From Sphaerodactylus townsendi (taxonomy: Eukaryota), in contig NC_059435.1 in the NCBI RefSeq assembly GCF_021028975.2, forward strand, positions 65,038,001 to 65,102,000: 64,000 nt of DNA, in the 5' to 3' direction. A program made the translations under genes and the position numbers. The first letter of the stretch is position 1. Every line of letters begins with the position of its first letter. Shown in pieces: positions 51,735 through 64,000 of this stretch. The notes beneath the pieces were generated by a model that saw only the letters and a program-made list of their open reading frames with translations, was not told the origin of the DNA and searched no databases.

Positions 51735-53039
51735 TTGGTTTTATTTATTTATTTATTTAACCCCCCCCTCCCCCACCCATCCTCAAGGGGCTCAGGGCGG
51801 CAGTAAGGACTTCTTTCACACGTTTCAACTGGGTAGATGGACAAGACAGATCGTGCACTTAATTAAGCTTCTCATCCCTCCTTACTTTCGCATCTCAAAA
51901 GGTTATTGAGGTAGCAACATTTTTATTTGCAATGCTGTAAGCAGCATTGTCTTAGGGGAAGTATTGGGGTTCCGGGATGCAGGACTCCTTTTGTATGCGC
52001 TGTGGTGTATGCGAGCTGAGCATGAATATGCTCTTAAAGGCCGATATTCTTTTCAAGTAAGATGTCTGGCAAAAACCAGGCACAAATATGCTGACCCAGG
52101 AAAGCTGTGAGCTTCCAGGAATCCCTGCTTGTAAAGTTAAACAACCTGATGCCTTGTTAGGTATCTACTTTCGGTACACAGCTGACACCATCAGACCTTA
52201 TTCCTGGTTTCCTACAAATTGGCTGCTTGTCTACTTTTCCCCCCCACAAGTTCACAGCCTTAGAAGTGCTCAGACGAGGATCATTATAAAAATTCTTCCA
52301 CCTTCGGCTTTCTTAGCCTGCCTTCCAGTGATATTATTCTATTGATGAACTCCATATAGTTAACACCATTCATTTTATTCAAAAAGATGCTCTCTTTACT
52401 TCATTCCTCTTGCATTATTATCTCTGTCTCTTTAAACTCATTTAATGAAGTTTCTACTTCATGTTGTGCAAGTTATTTTGAATAAAATGTATTAGGCATT
52501 AGGACTCCATTCGTAATTTTCATGATCACCAGATAAAATGTCTGTCTAGTTTTAACAGAATAGTTTGAATATACCGGGAGCATCATCCGATGCAGAATAT
52601 CAGAGATTTCAGCAGACTTCATTATTTGTTCCATCTGGCAGTATTAAATTCAGATTGTATTGTGTTTTATCCAGGGCTTTATCAGGGTCCCATTCTTTTG
52701 TAACCTAATTTAGGGGCACTCCGATGCTGAACAGCAACTTCCAAATATTTTAATAAAATATTAACAGAGCTTCAGTGTTCAGTTGGTTCATTAGATAAAA
52801 CCTTTTTATTGACTTCAGCGTGCACTTGATTAGTTTTGCAGCCAAAGTTCTTTTAAAGGTCATTAATTTTCTTAACAGAAGTTCTTATTTAAAATTGCTG
52901 GGGTAGGTGCTGTATTTAACTAACCAACCCCCACCCCTCCATACAGATGGCAATGCCTCTTCTAAGATGCCTCTTCTGAGATTTAACATGTCTGCCATCT
53001 TTTTAAAAAGTTTTGAAAAACCTCCAGAGCCATGGTTAA

Positions 53040-53412
53040 TTTATATTTATTTATTTTATTTATAATCAGTTTTGTATGCCGCCCCTCCCCCGAAGGTCTC
53101 TGGGTGGTGAACAACACAATAAACAGACAATTGTATTAAAACCCCATTTTAAACAGCGGATTAAATAAAATTACATCCAGCATAAAACTTCATAAACCCA
53201 CCCTGGAAAGGAGGGCCCTCATAGAAATAAAGGGGCCCAGAGTGTAAAGGGGAGGGGAAAGGGGGAAAGGGGCGCACATCAGCGGCCGGCCCCTCCAAAA
53301 GCCCGGTGGAACAATTCAGTCTTACAGGCCCTGCGGAACTCTCCAAGATCCCGCAGGGCCCAGATAGCTGGTGGTAAAGTGTTCCACCAGGCAGGGACCA
53401 GGGCTGTAAAGG
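53040..53412 (-). mobile_element. L2-like LINE 3' fragment
   Basis: (ATTT)n tail, GCCGCCCCTCC, and antisense C-terminal coding-like segment GTTCCACCAGGCAGGG. Confidence 0.6.
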
Positions 53413-53914
53413 TATCCATCTTTAACTTTAACATGATGAAATCTTAGGCAGAATTACTGTATTTTTCACTGAGTTTGGACTGGAATGATTGTGCATAGGA
53501 TTACACTGTGCAACTCGAATGGTCTACTAAGGGTTTTTGATTCAGCTGGCAGCTTTCCCTTCTTTAAAAAGGTCTGACTTGATTTCAAACCTATAAAAAA
53601 GGAACAGAAAATGTGAGGGCACTTTTCCAGAGTGGACAATGCCTGCAACTACATCTAGAAATCTGTCTCCTATTCAGAAGCTTGCCCTTGATTTCCTTGG
53701 GAGTAAGTCCTGTTTGCATTACAATACAGTGCATATTGATTCATAAATAAGTCCAATTGAATTCAGTGAACCTTCATTCTTGGGAAATTTGAATGGGTCA
53801 GCCCTTTGACTTCATAGTGAGCACAATTTACCCACCACCACCATGGAAAAACTTCTTCCTATAGTGATTCACTGGAGTCCAAAGCAGAGCTGAAGGTTAT
53901 CTAACTAGAAATTG

Positions 53915-54037
53915 GCGAAGGCTTTCACGGCCGGATTCAACTGGTTGTGGTGGGTTTTCCGGGCTGTGTGGCTGTGGTCTGGTGGATCTTGAACAAAATC
54001 CACCAGACCACGGCCACACAGTCCGGAAAACCCACCA
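53915..54037. mobile_element. Fold-back Penelope-derived element with the centre (ribozyme region) deleted
   Basis: Arms join directly at GGATCTTG|AACAAAATCC; perfect 13-bp TSD TAACTAGAAATTG (53902-53914, 54038-54050). Confidence 0.82.
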
Positions 54038-57000
54038 TAACTAGAAATTGTTTGTCAGGAGGCATAGATATAAGGTAGTATACAGTTTCTTTCTTTCTAT
54101 CTATACTAAAGCAATTCATTTAGAGTTGGAAAAGGCTATATATGAAAGGACAGGAGACCTGAGTTCAGATCCCCACTCAGCCATGAAACTCACTTGGGAG
54201 ACGAGTGTCATGAGCCTTCCCTGGTGCAGATGATTGAAAGCCATGCGGACCACATGTATGACTTGAGCATCCACAGATATGGAGGCATCAAAAATGTGTA
54301 GAATGAGCTGAGCTAGAACCAATAAATTCCATCAGTTCAATGAGTTGGACCCACACCTGCCTTACAAGAAAGGAAAGGGGCTTCTGCTCATGGGAAGAAA
54401 TGAGGCACATTTTCCAATTTGCTCTTGATACACAGCTTTCCTTTTGCTTCTTTACCATGCTGTTCCCAAGTATCCCCTGGCCCACAGGGCGAGGAATGGA
54501 TCCTGCTAGTCCAAGTAGACAGAACCAGATTTAATTGTCTAACTGGGTATATTTGCAGATTTATCATAGTCAACTATGATTCCTTTCTCATGGCTAGCAA
54601 AGATTCCTTCGGCTTTTTAGAATAACGAACATTTTTGGTGGTGGTTACTTCTCTCCATGGATACCTTTGGCAGTGGGTACCTTTTAACAATAATGAAAAT
54701 GTTTTGCAAAAGCCCCCCCCCCCCCAGCTATAGATTCATGCTTATGTGTACAACCTGGTTGAAGAATCATAAAGCATTATATTTTTGTGTCATTCACTTT
54801 GCCCCATGAATATCTCCAGCTGTTTTCCCTGTCCAGCGTTCTTGTTACTGTAGTTCATGCCAGCCGACAAGAAATATTGGTACTAAGGAGTGACACCTTG
54901 TGGATTCTTCTCACTTGTTTACCTGCCTTGATGTCTCTCTCCCCTCTCCTCCTTTTCCTGCAGGCCTATAAAAATAATTTCTTACGGAGACGCTTACTCT
55001 TGCTCTGAACTTCTATTGTAATAGACACTGACCTTTGAAACCATCAGGCCCACAGAGGCAACATTATAGACTTTAGATCCCTGGGTGCCCCTTAGCTGTC
55101 ATAATGAAGGAAGTTTACTGTGGGAAAGTGAATGGCGCCAGCATGTTTTGAACCATATGGTAATTATCTGCTATCTGTGCAAAAGATATAAAGCGTTGTT
55201 TACCGGTTGTGAAAAGAGCATCTGAGAAGGGATTCCCTGGAGAAGTTAGGAAGAGAGATTTGGCACAGTGGCTGCTCTTCAGATGGCTGGTAATAGACCC
55301 TATAAATTTGGAATATGCTGTTGTTAATCAGCAGAGATTGGAGACGGTTGGCTCATAATGTTTCAGCTTAAAGGGGCAGGTGATTGTCTTGCCAAGCTGA
55401 GGTTCCCCCCCCCCATAACTGTAATTGAATTATGCAAATGGCTTGTGTGGGGGGAGAACAGAAATGTGGGAAATGATGTTCTTAACTCTTTGAAATCAAC
55501 AGTGCATTTAATAGAGTGCAGGGAAAATCCCTGCTGATAAAACTGGGAAATGGATTTTTTTAAAAAAAGAAAGAAAAGAGAAGAGAAGAGAAAGAAATAT
55601 ATTAAAAGGAACTTTTCTAAATGACAGAGCTCTCCTATGCTCATTTACGCTTTTTGAATGAGCATAATTCAAGTGGAAGCTTTTTCCACTTGCTTGCAAG
55701 GATCGCACAATCTGTTTCTGACAACGTCGCTTCTGACAAAGGAGGAAGAAATTGCGGCCATGCTTGGAAGGGGAGCCCCACCACAGTGCAGAATTCCAAA
55801 ATGTTTAATTCAGGGTGTTAAATTATTCGGAAAAAATGGCCAAGTCTCATTTGAACAAATCTCCTTAAACCACTTTAGCATCTTAATAACTAGAGAATGT
55901 GTTGTGAGATTCCAGCAGCACAATTTAAGGGCTTGTCAGGCATTTTCACTAATATTGGCCTGTGTGCTACAGTAGACAGGCAGAGCAGCCTGAAGCTATT
56001 GGTGATAAATTCCATGGCAATCTTGTTCTCTGCCAGGATTTATCCGAGCCAGTAGGGATAAGTGATGCTTTTTTTTGTTTACCACTGATTTTTTGGCAAG
56101 GAGTTTCTATGATAATTGAGCTCATCTTATCGCAGCATTCTTCTCATTCACCTATTGACTTGAGAATAGGAAATAAAGGCCACATTCATTGCCATGTCAT
56201 GTCCCCACAGAGGCTTTTGTTATTTCCCCATTAAGCGTCAGTTTCCCCAAAGTTAGCATGGTTTTAGTTCATTGTTAAGTCTTCTACAGGAGGGTATTTT
56301 AGTTAGCCCCTTTCCCTTTAAGATATTTCCCAATAGGCAGGTTCCTTTCTTTACCCAGCAATCCCCTGTTTTAGTTCTAGCCAGTCAATCAGAGTGAGGT
56401 GCTAAGGGTAGTTGGAGACTGGAATATCTCAGTGATACATACATATTACTATATCGTGGTCCATAGGACACTTTTAGTGAAGTTTCTAACTGCAAAGCTA
56501 GAACTGCTAGACAAAGAACTGGAAAAGGAAACTGGAAAGCTGAAGCAAGACACAGTGGACTCTTCTTGAAAGCAACTCAAAGAGCAAGACAGCAGACTAC
56601 AGCCTTTCCAAACCTTGCCCTCAAGACAAGCAAGTACTCTGATTTAGATAGACCCAAGAGAGGAGTTAGGGTCTTGATTCTCTCCAGTAATAAACCTATC
56701 ATATGAACTGTTGAACCTGGCTTGTGTCTCTCCCACTCTGTCCTCGCCAAGTACAGGATACCAAAAATAGATTCACTTGGGGGGCAGAACATGCCACGTG
56801 ATGACATTTACTATTTGGGAGATGGTCATGTGTATATACAAGTCTCAAGAGTGTTAGTGCTAACATATTTCCTATGCTCAGAAATGTGTCCAATCATGAT
56901 TGTCATGAATTTGCCTTCCTACTGTACTCTATGTATCTGAATGGAACTCAAGAATTTTTTTGCATGTACCATCAAGAAAAAAAGGGGATATCTTAAATCT

Positions 57001-58874
57001 GCATTTAAGTCATTTGCAATAATGCAACACCTTTTGTGTAAAAACCACTCCCCACCTTTCAAAGTGTGCGTCTTGTATTAAAGTGGACTTTCTTTTTGGC
57101 CAATACAATATATATATATATTTGGAAGAAGGACCCATGTAATACTTTTATTAGAAATCATCTGGTTTTTGAGTTCTCCCTCTGAGCTGGAGGACATCTT
57201 TCTGGGTAATTCCCACCATTGACTGGAGGCAGGAGCAAGATCTTTCTGTTTTTTGTTTCCAAGGATTCCTCAGTTCTGTTCCTGCCTTACGGGAGAGCAG
57301 TAACTTGTTGCTTATACTATATAGGACAACTTTTTGGGACTCTAACTCTTCATGATTGACACCAAACCAGTTGACCTGCATTTGTGTTTTCCACCTTGGA
57401 ACTGCTTGTTGCTCTGGTTAGTTGCCAGCCAGACTGCAACAGTGACTCTGGGAGGTCCCAGAAAATTTTCCTCCATCTTAAAGGGAGAATGACCATTGGT
57501 ACCTACCTGTGAAATGTCCTTCTCTTCTGGATGTCAAAGGACATCTTGCCCTCCCCATGTCATCGACTTTAGAAGACAGACAACAATCAGAATGCATCTA
57601 TGTGGATGTTCTGATTAAGAGTTGTCTCATGTTTGACAAGGTTCTTGTTAACTCTACAACTGCTTATGCTTGTTCTATTTTAATTGTTTATATGTTTGAG
57701 TGTTATTTACTTTTAATAGTTCAAACATTTTCTTACGATATGAATACAGCTCTTGGGAGTCTCGGAACTGAGGAATCCTGGGTAACTCCCACAGAAAACA
57801 GGAAACAAAAGGTTTCCTTGGTCAATGGGAGACAGAAATGAGAGCTTTTGTTTCCTGTTCCTGTTTCCTGTACCTTCCATAGTACCAATGATCATTAGAG
57901 AACTCTTCTTAATTCTGGTTTTTAAAATGGGGGGGGGCATACTTTTCTTAACACCTCTTGTCTACATATGTAGACAGTCATCAGGTTTACATTGACAAGT
58001 GTAGAGCTATAATCTGGTTGAACTTTTTGACCTTCTGGGGAAAAGAATGGGAAGTGAGAATCTCCAGTTGAAAATATTGACGAAATTTCTCTTGAATACT
58101 GGTTTTATTTGTTTATCTAAAAATGCTATGCGTGTTGTAGATTACACTTCACTGATTTGATGCAAATTAGTGCTGTTGGATCAGCATCTCAGCCTGTTAA
58201 CATTTTTTTAAATATAGGTTTTAGACTTCCAGTTCTGAGATTATTCTGTCTTGCAATAAACAGATCAGTTCACAGTTTGATTCTTCTTTCCCTCCTCCCT
58301 TTAAAAAAAAGGGGGGGAAGCAGAGTCGATTTTCATACACAAGAAGAGAGCACGCTTCAGCACATAGAGGGTTAATTTTTGTCTCTGTCTTAATCAGCAG
58401 GGACCTTTAGTTAGCAAGAGGGTGCCAGTTCATTTGCAGAGCACATTGAGCGGCACACATCCAACAATCAAAACCTGCTTTGTGAGCATCTGGGAGCTTT
58501 TAATTGAAAACTTGAAACTGCTAGATTTGACGCTTCATTTATTCAAAATACTATAATCCCACCTTTCCACAACTGTTCAGTGTGGCTCATGATATTATTA
58601 AAACAGATATCTGCAAAGGCACCGCATAATTAAATCTATACATGCAAAAGCATTCCAAAAACATAACAATCGGCACAAAGTTCATATAAGCTTGAAAGTG
58701 ATTTTGGTTTCTGTAATTTATTTGGTGTAAATTAATGTGTCCCTATTGAGAGTAGCCTGTGGGTAAGCCATTTTGAAATTTCATCTGTAAGCATAATTTA
58801 AAGGGAAGTTGGGGATCAAGGGTTGAGTGGGAACAGAGATTGTTGAACTCCACCGGTCCAACACACTGGAGTTA

Positions 58875-59066
58875 TCCAATGTATTGCCGAAGGCTTTCAC
58901 GGCTGGAATCGCTGGGGTGCTGTGTGGTTTCCGGGCTGTATGGCCGTGTTCTAGCAGCATTCTCTCCTGATCCTCTGAAAATGCCAGCCACAGATGCAGG
59001 CGAAATGTCAGAAGAGAATGCTGCTAGAACGCAGCCGTACAGCCCGAAAACCACACAGCACCCCAT
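58875..59066. mobile_element. Fold-back Penelope-derived element with near-intact hammerhead motif
   Basis: Inverted arms; + strand TCCT-CTGAAAA-TGCCAGCCACAGATGCAGGC-GAAA-TG-TC-AGAA (58971-59013); TSD ACTGGAGTTA (58865-58874, 59067-59076). Confidence 0.82.
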
Positions 59067-59154
59067 ACTGGAGTTAGACTTCCAAGATCAGTTGCCAATA
59101 GCTTCCCAAATCAGTTATTGTTAGATCAGAACGTACTAGATACCAGTGGATCCA

Positions 59155-59259
59155 TTCCTATCAGCTTTCTTACCAGCATGGCCAATTGGCCATGCTGACA
59201 GAGGCTGATGGGAATTGTAGTTCCTGAACATCTGGAGAGCCGCAGGTTCCCTACCCCTG
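59155..59259. mobile_element. Truncated palindromic hAT MITE (family of 44329/46399)
   Basis: CATGGCCAATTGGCCATG centre and complete right arm; most of the left arm is missing. Confidence 0.8.
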
Positions 59260-60555
59260 GGTTAGATCTATCTGCAGATACTGTACACAGCCTTAGAAGC
59301 AGAGACAAGTTGTGAATCTAGAGAAACTTCACAGGACAGTGGCAAGCAGGCAACCATTCAGTTATTTACTGCATAAACATTTACAATACAAGTGGAGTTA
59401 TGCAGTTGTTGATTCAGCACTGAGCAAGACTTTCTTAATTCCGCAAAAAAAAATGTGAAAAAGCTTCTATCAAAAGAAACAAGTGACCCATAGTGCCTTG
59501 TTTTGCAGAAGCTGGTAGAATGGGTCATCAAATGTGGGATTCCCACATATATACGCATTAGTGACACCAACTACTTCAAAGCATATTAAGGCAAAGATAT
59601 TCTCCTTTCCTCCAGCCCTGAGAGCTACATGTGCATTTGTGGCAGTCTGTAAGTAGCAGATAATAAGAAGGTTCAGGACATTATACCCAATGAGCTACAT
59701 CTTGCTTTTCTTCAAAGAAGATTATTGAGCATAGCCAGAACATTAAGCTATCAAAATCTTTGTAAATAATTTTTTTTCCCCTAATGCCTTAAGGCCTGGA
59801 TCCTTCCGGTCACTTCTCCCTGATTAGAATCATTTTGCTGTGATGGTGTGACTTCAGAGTCTGTAGTATGAGGATGGACGCTCTGGCCTATAAAAGCGAA
59901 TGGCTCACAAAGCAGAGATCATCAAATGAACTCGGCCTGGTGGGTAATAAGAGCAGCTCTTTCTCTCAGGTTAGTGATCTGCTCACTTGAGCAGATTACT
60001 GTGGGCCTCTTAAAAAAAATCGGTGAAAGGACAGTCTTGGGCAATAACTTTGAGTTTAATTGATCTGTAACAATAAATTTACTCATGTGGTGATCACCAT
60101 GTTTGAGGATGTAAAGAACACTTTAATGATGCCAACCCCAGGAAGGTTATACCTTTTTAGTAAATAGACTGTGAATAACGAATGGCTAGAAATATCTTAA
60201 TCCTGCCTTTTAAGTGTAGTTGTACTATATCTGTTCTCAATCCCGTGTACAATGGAATGGTCAAAATTTTTTAATCTATGTCATATTTTTATAAATGAAG
60301 TGTGATCTTAGAATGTAAAACTACTCATAGACGGCATGTACAACTCTTTTAAATTTAATAACGGTTTTGTATACCTTATGCCAATAAAGGTCTATTGTGA
60401 TTGTGATTGCCAACCCCAGATTAGTTTAAAATTAGCTGCTTCCTGTGAAGACTGTTGGGATACTAGGGAGACTTTCTTATACCTTTCCGCTAATCTTAGG
60501 TAAGAGGTCTTCCTAGTTTTAGACTCGGGATGAAGTAGTCCTCTTCAAGCTATGC

Positions 60556-60857
60556 CAAGGATGGCAAACTTATGGCACACCTGTTGAAGGTAACTCACCA
60601 GGAGGTTCTGAGTAACATGCTGTGCTCACCAACACCTGGTAGCTATTCTCCTTGTTTGATTCGTTTGATTCATTGTTGTAATTATTTGACAGTTCTTTAT
60701 ATAATACATAACACCACACATGATTGCACTAGATTTTCAAAATAAATTTCATATGTAAAGAATTGTCTCTCTTTAGTTTGGGTGGGGGGTGGAGACATGC
60801 CAGCAGTGGCAAGTAGGAATTTTTGACCTACCGAGTCCAAAAAGTTCACCATCACTG
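60556..60857. mobile_element. Old hAT MITE
   Basis: Degenerate TIRs CAAGGATGGCAAAC / GTTCACCATCACTG; partial TSD. Confidence 0.5.
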
Positions 60858-61641
60858 GTCTATGGCATTTTGATCTGACATTGCATCTTTAGCACCTGTG
60901 CTGATCAATTTTGCCTGGCCATTGTTGCTTCAGCACTGAAAATGTCCATGAACATTCTGTATCATTCCATAGCCAGTGATAGCAGAAAAATACTTTTGGT
61001 CTTCCAGAGAACACCAGGTCCAGTCTTTCTTCGTGCCACTTGTATAATGCTTTCACTGCAGGCTTCTAAATGGGTGCTCAACACTGTGTTGTAATATGTA
61101 TTTTTGTGCTGACACAGTCTCATTGTTGAATACATTGGATTGATGAGCATTGCTGATTATTGGCTGTGTTTTGTAGTAAGTTGTTAGGCACCTTCGCCTC
61201 TTAAGAGGTAAGGTAAAATATGGACTTTGTAAAATACAAAGGAAGTGACTACCACTTACAGAGGACAGAATGTAGCCTTTAGTAATGTGGTATTTACTTC
61301 AGTGGGAATATTTGACATTTTTCACTCCAAAGAGAATCAAAGCAGCTTACAACATTTAAACAGTACAATAAAAAAATTCAGTTTAAACAAAACAGAAAGT
61401 AACCAACTATAACTTGGGATGAATATGAATTTATGGGACAACTAATTAAAGGCCCCAGGACTTGAGCCACAGGCTACAAGCCAAAGGCTTCTTTCCTTTT
61501 GGCTTATACCTTTGACCATACACAAGTCATATGCCTGGAGATAGGAAGAACAGGTGGGAAAGCACACATTTAAAATGTTGTAGATGGCAGCCATAATGAG
61601 TGCAGATAGCATTCCTTGGTTTGCAAGTGTTATCTTACTTT

Positions 61642-61917
61642 GGGCCTTTCCCCACTCCCACCTTCTACTGCGGCTGCTTTCGGTTATTTAAGTAAGCGAA
61701 GATTCCCGCGGCACTCCCCACTACGAGGCTGGCGACAACTGGCAGCTGCCCCGAATTGCTTCCAGCTATCAGCATTACATCATTCCTGGCACTCCTAAAA
61801 ACGGCGCCTTTTGATGACCCCGCGCTGTCATGGGGAAGCCCAGGCGCAAGCCAGAAATTACGCGCAAAGTGAGTAGCACGCAGCAAAGGTGGTAGAAGGA
61901 AAAGTGGGGAAACGGCC
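61642..61917. mobile_element. Harbinger-type MITE (CCCCACT subfamily)
   Basis: TIRs GGGCCTTTCCCCACT / AGTGGGGAAACGGCC; TSD TTT. Confidence 0.78.
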
Positions 61918-62914
61918 TTTGATTCATAAATGTTGGAGGGTATACCCTCATGCCTCCCTGACACACACACTGAACATTCATTTTCTTAACTTAAATACTG
62001 CATTTTGAAGACCCACCCCTGGATTCAAGGCATTCCTCCAGCTCCCAGTTTGATTCACATTTGCAATTAATAGGGCTACTGTGAGGGATCAAGTATTAAT
62101 TATAGAAAGCTTTTTACAGTACAGTCCTCTATGCACACAAAACCTTTTCTGTCACAAAATTCCTGCAAAATTCAATGAGACTGACTTACAAGTCAACACG
62201 TGTAGGATCTGGCTGAACCTTCAGGGAATGAACAGTCAACGACAGTCTGATCTTGGCGCAAGAGAATATTACAGGTGTCTACAGTAAGTCGAATCTGCAG
62301 GGTAGAAAGAATGTGATTTTGTTCTGTCATAGTCTGTATTTGGTATGGTTTTTGAAGGCGCATCTTGTCTTATTGGCAAGGCTTGCGCACAGATGTGAGA
62401 CATTAACATAGTGGATAATTGGATATTGCAAAAGAATTATCCAAATGTAAGTGACTAATGGGATAATAACCCCAGCTGATGAGGCCTACAGCTCTCCATC
62501 TTTCAGAGGAGGAGGAAAGTAGCTATAAGACAACAGTAATCCCTTGAATTGTACTGAGTATTTCAGTGGATTATGAGGAAAATTCACTATATATGTGTAT
62601 GTATTGGTATACCCTGAGCATATCTAAATTTAAATTACACTGTATCTACAAAAACTTCTAAGCCCCAATACTGTTAATCTCATGTACGCGTGTGTGTGTG
62701 TGTTTGAAGTCTGGCAGCATTGTCTTTTAAAACAATAAATCAGAACAGTAACTTTAACTTCTCTAACTTTTGGTATTCCTTTCTACAATCACTCTGTCTT
62801 GAAATACCTGCATGTTGAGAATTCTGGCAGAGTTCTGCGATGAACACTTAAACTTCTTCTAGATGAGATAATTCATTTGGATCAACTTTGAATTCTTGTT
62901 TTTAGTTGAAAACC

Positions 62915-63075
62915 AGCGAAGGGAGATGGTGAGCTTCCCCTCTCAGGCAGTCTTCAAGTAACAGCTGGACAAACACTTGCCAGAGATACTCGAGTCTAGG
63001 CTGATCCTGCATTGAGGAGAGGGTTGGACTAGATGGCCTGTATTGCCCCTTTTAACTCTGTGATTTTGTGATTCA
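62915..63075 (+). mobile_element. CR1 LINE 3' end
   Basis: GGGTTGGACTAGATGGCC..CCCTTTTAACTCTGTGATTTTGTGATTC terminal motif. Confidence 0.8.
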
Positions 63076-63843
63076 TGTGTCAGATCAGGGCAGGGACACT
63101 AGGGCCAACCTTTCCTGTCCCTTCAGTTTCTTGAAAAATATCATGACATAGCATGACCCCTCCCAAATCCCTGCTATTCGCTGCAGGAAGGAAACATTGG
63201 GTTGGATCTGGACAATTCTCCTTATCATAGACTCTGTTGCACATGACTTTTGTCCATGCAGGTTCTGTGATTCTCCAAGGCATCCTTTTTTGGGAGTCAA
63301 ATAACACCTCCTCCATTTTCTAACCTATGGAAAAAGCTGGTTGGATCCAATCCACTGTAAGCTTCTTACATATGTTCTTCTGATTACAAAAGTTTGGCAG
63401 GGAAAAATATCAAGAAACTAGATCCTTCTCCTTCCTTGATCGGCTTTCCTCTGGGTTGGATTTTGTTTTTGTTTTGCCATCAAGTCCCAGATGACTGATG
63501 ATGAACCCATAGCTACTGTTAATTAGGAATAACACGGGAAAACCTCTAATTAAGGGTACTTTTACATCTTGTCTAATTTGATCCTCAGTTCTCAAATGGA
63601 TTGGCAAGAGCTGATCCGTTGTTCTTGTATCCCATAAGAACTGTGGGTGCATACAAACAACATTCCCTTACAGTGGGTTGTGGGGAAAGTGACTGTGATG
63701 AGTGAGGGGTGTTAAGGGGTGTTTCTCTCCTCCCCCATTCATCTTATAGGAACTAAGCCATGACCCTGGGAAATCTGTAAATAGAGCTACCTGTGTGTGT
63801 GTTTTTTTAAATATCAGGTATCCAAGGATGGGAGACCATAGAA

Positions 63844-64000
63844 CAGTGATGGCGAACCTTTTCAAGACCGAGTGCCCAAATTGCAACACAAAACCCACTT
63901 ATTTATCACAAAAGTGCCAACACAGCCATTTAACCTGAATCCTGAGGTTTTAGTTTAGAAAAAATGGTTGGCTCCAAGGCATGTGTTACTTAAGAGTAAG
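63844..64000 (+). mobile_element. hAT MITE left end (cut by the window edge)
   Basis: Starts CAGTGATGGCGAACCT, a hAT-type TIR related to others in this window. Confidence 0.65.

Larger units (their letters stand above)
16333..64000 (+). other. ADARB2: ADARB2 intron 1 (runs beyond the window)
   Basis: Starts at GTAAG donor; no exon matching the expected DKVSILSTFLAPFKHLSPG.. was seen; mammalian ADARB2 intron 1 is known to be very large. Confidence 0.75.

Overview
Vertebrate genomic DNA, judged squamate and probably a gecko from its SINE/MITE/Penelope repertoire (an inference). The only host gene I can support is the 5' end of ADARB2 (ADAR3) on the + strand. A CpG island promoter (~15.6-16.6 kb) leads into coding exon 1 (16233-16332, 100 nt), which encodes the Arg-rich R-domain MTSVLGTSRASGGPSGQLRGKSKRRRRRRCKRK and ends at a GTAAG donor. 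The remaining ~47.7 kb is intron 1; I did not find exon 2. The rest is transposon-derived or non-coding: a 5'-truncated L1/Tx1-type LINE with a 15-bp TSD, a DIRS gag remnant, CR1/L2 fragments, many tRNA/CORE-type SINEs, and hAT and Harbinger-type MITEs with clean TSDs. The most interesting system is a family of short fold-back Penelope-derived elements flanked by TSDs and carrying opposing minimal hammerhead-ribozyme motifs; one sits right against the ADARB2 promoter. Intron 1 is also rich in near-perfect hairpins and inverted SINE pairs, which are potential dsRNA/ADAR substrates inside an ADAR-family gene. Almost all ORFs in the supplied track are spurious. Repeat family names come from recall, not a database search.
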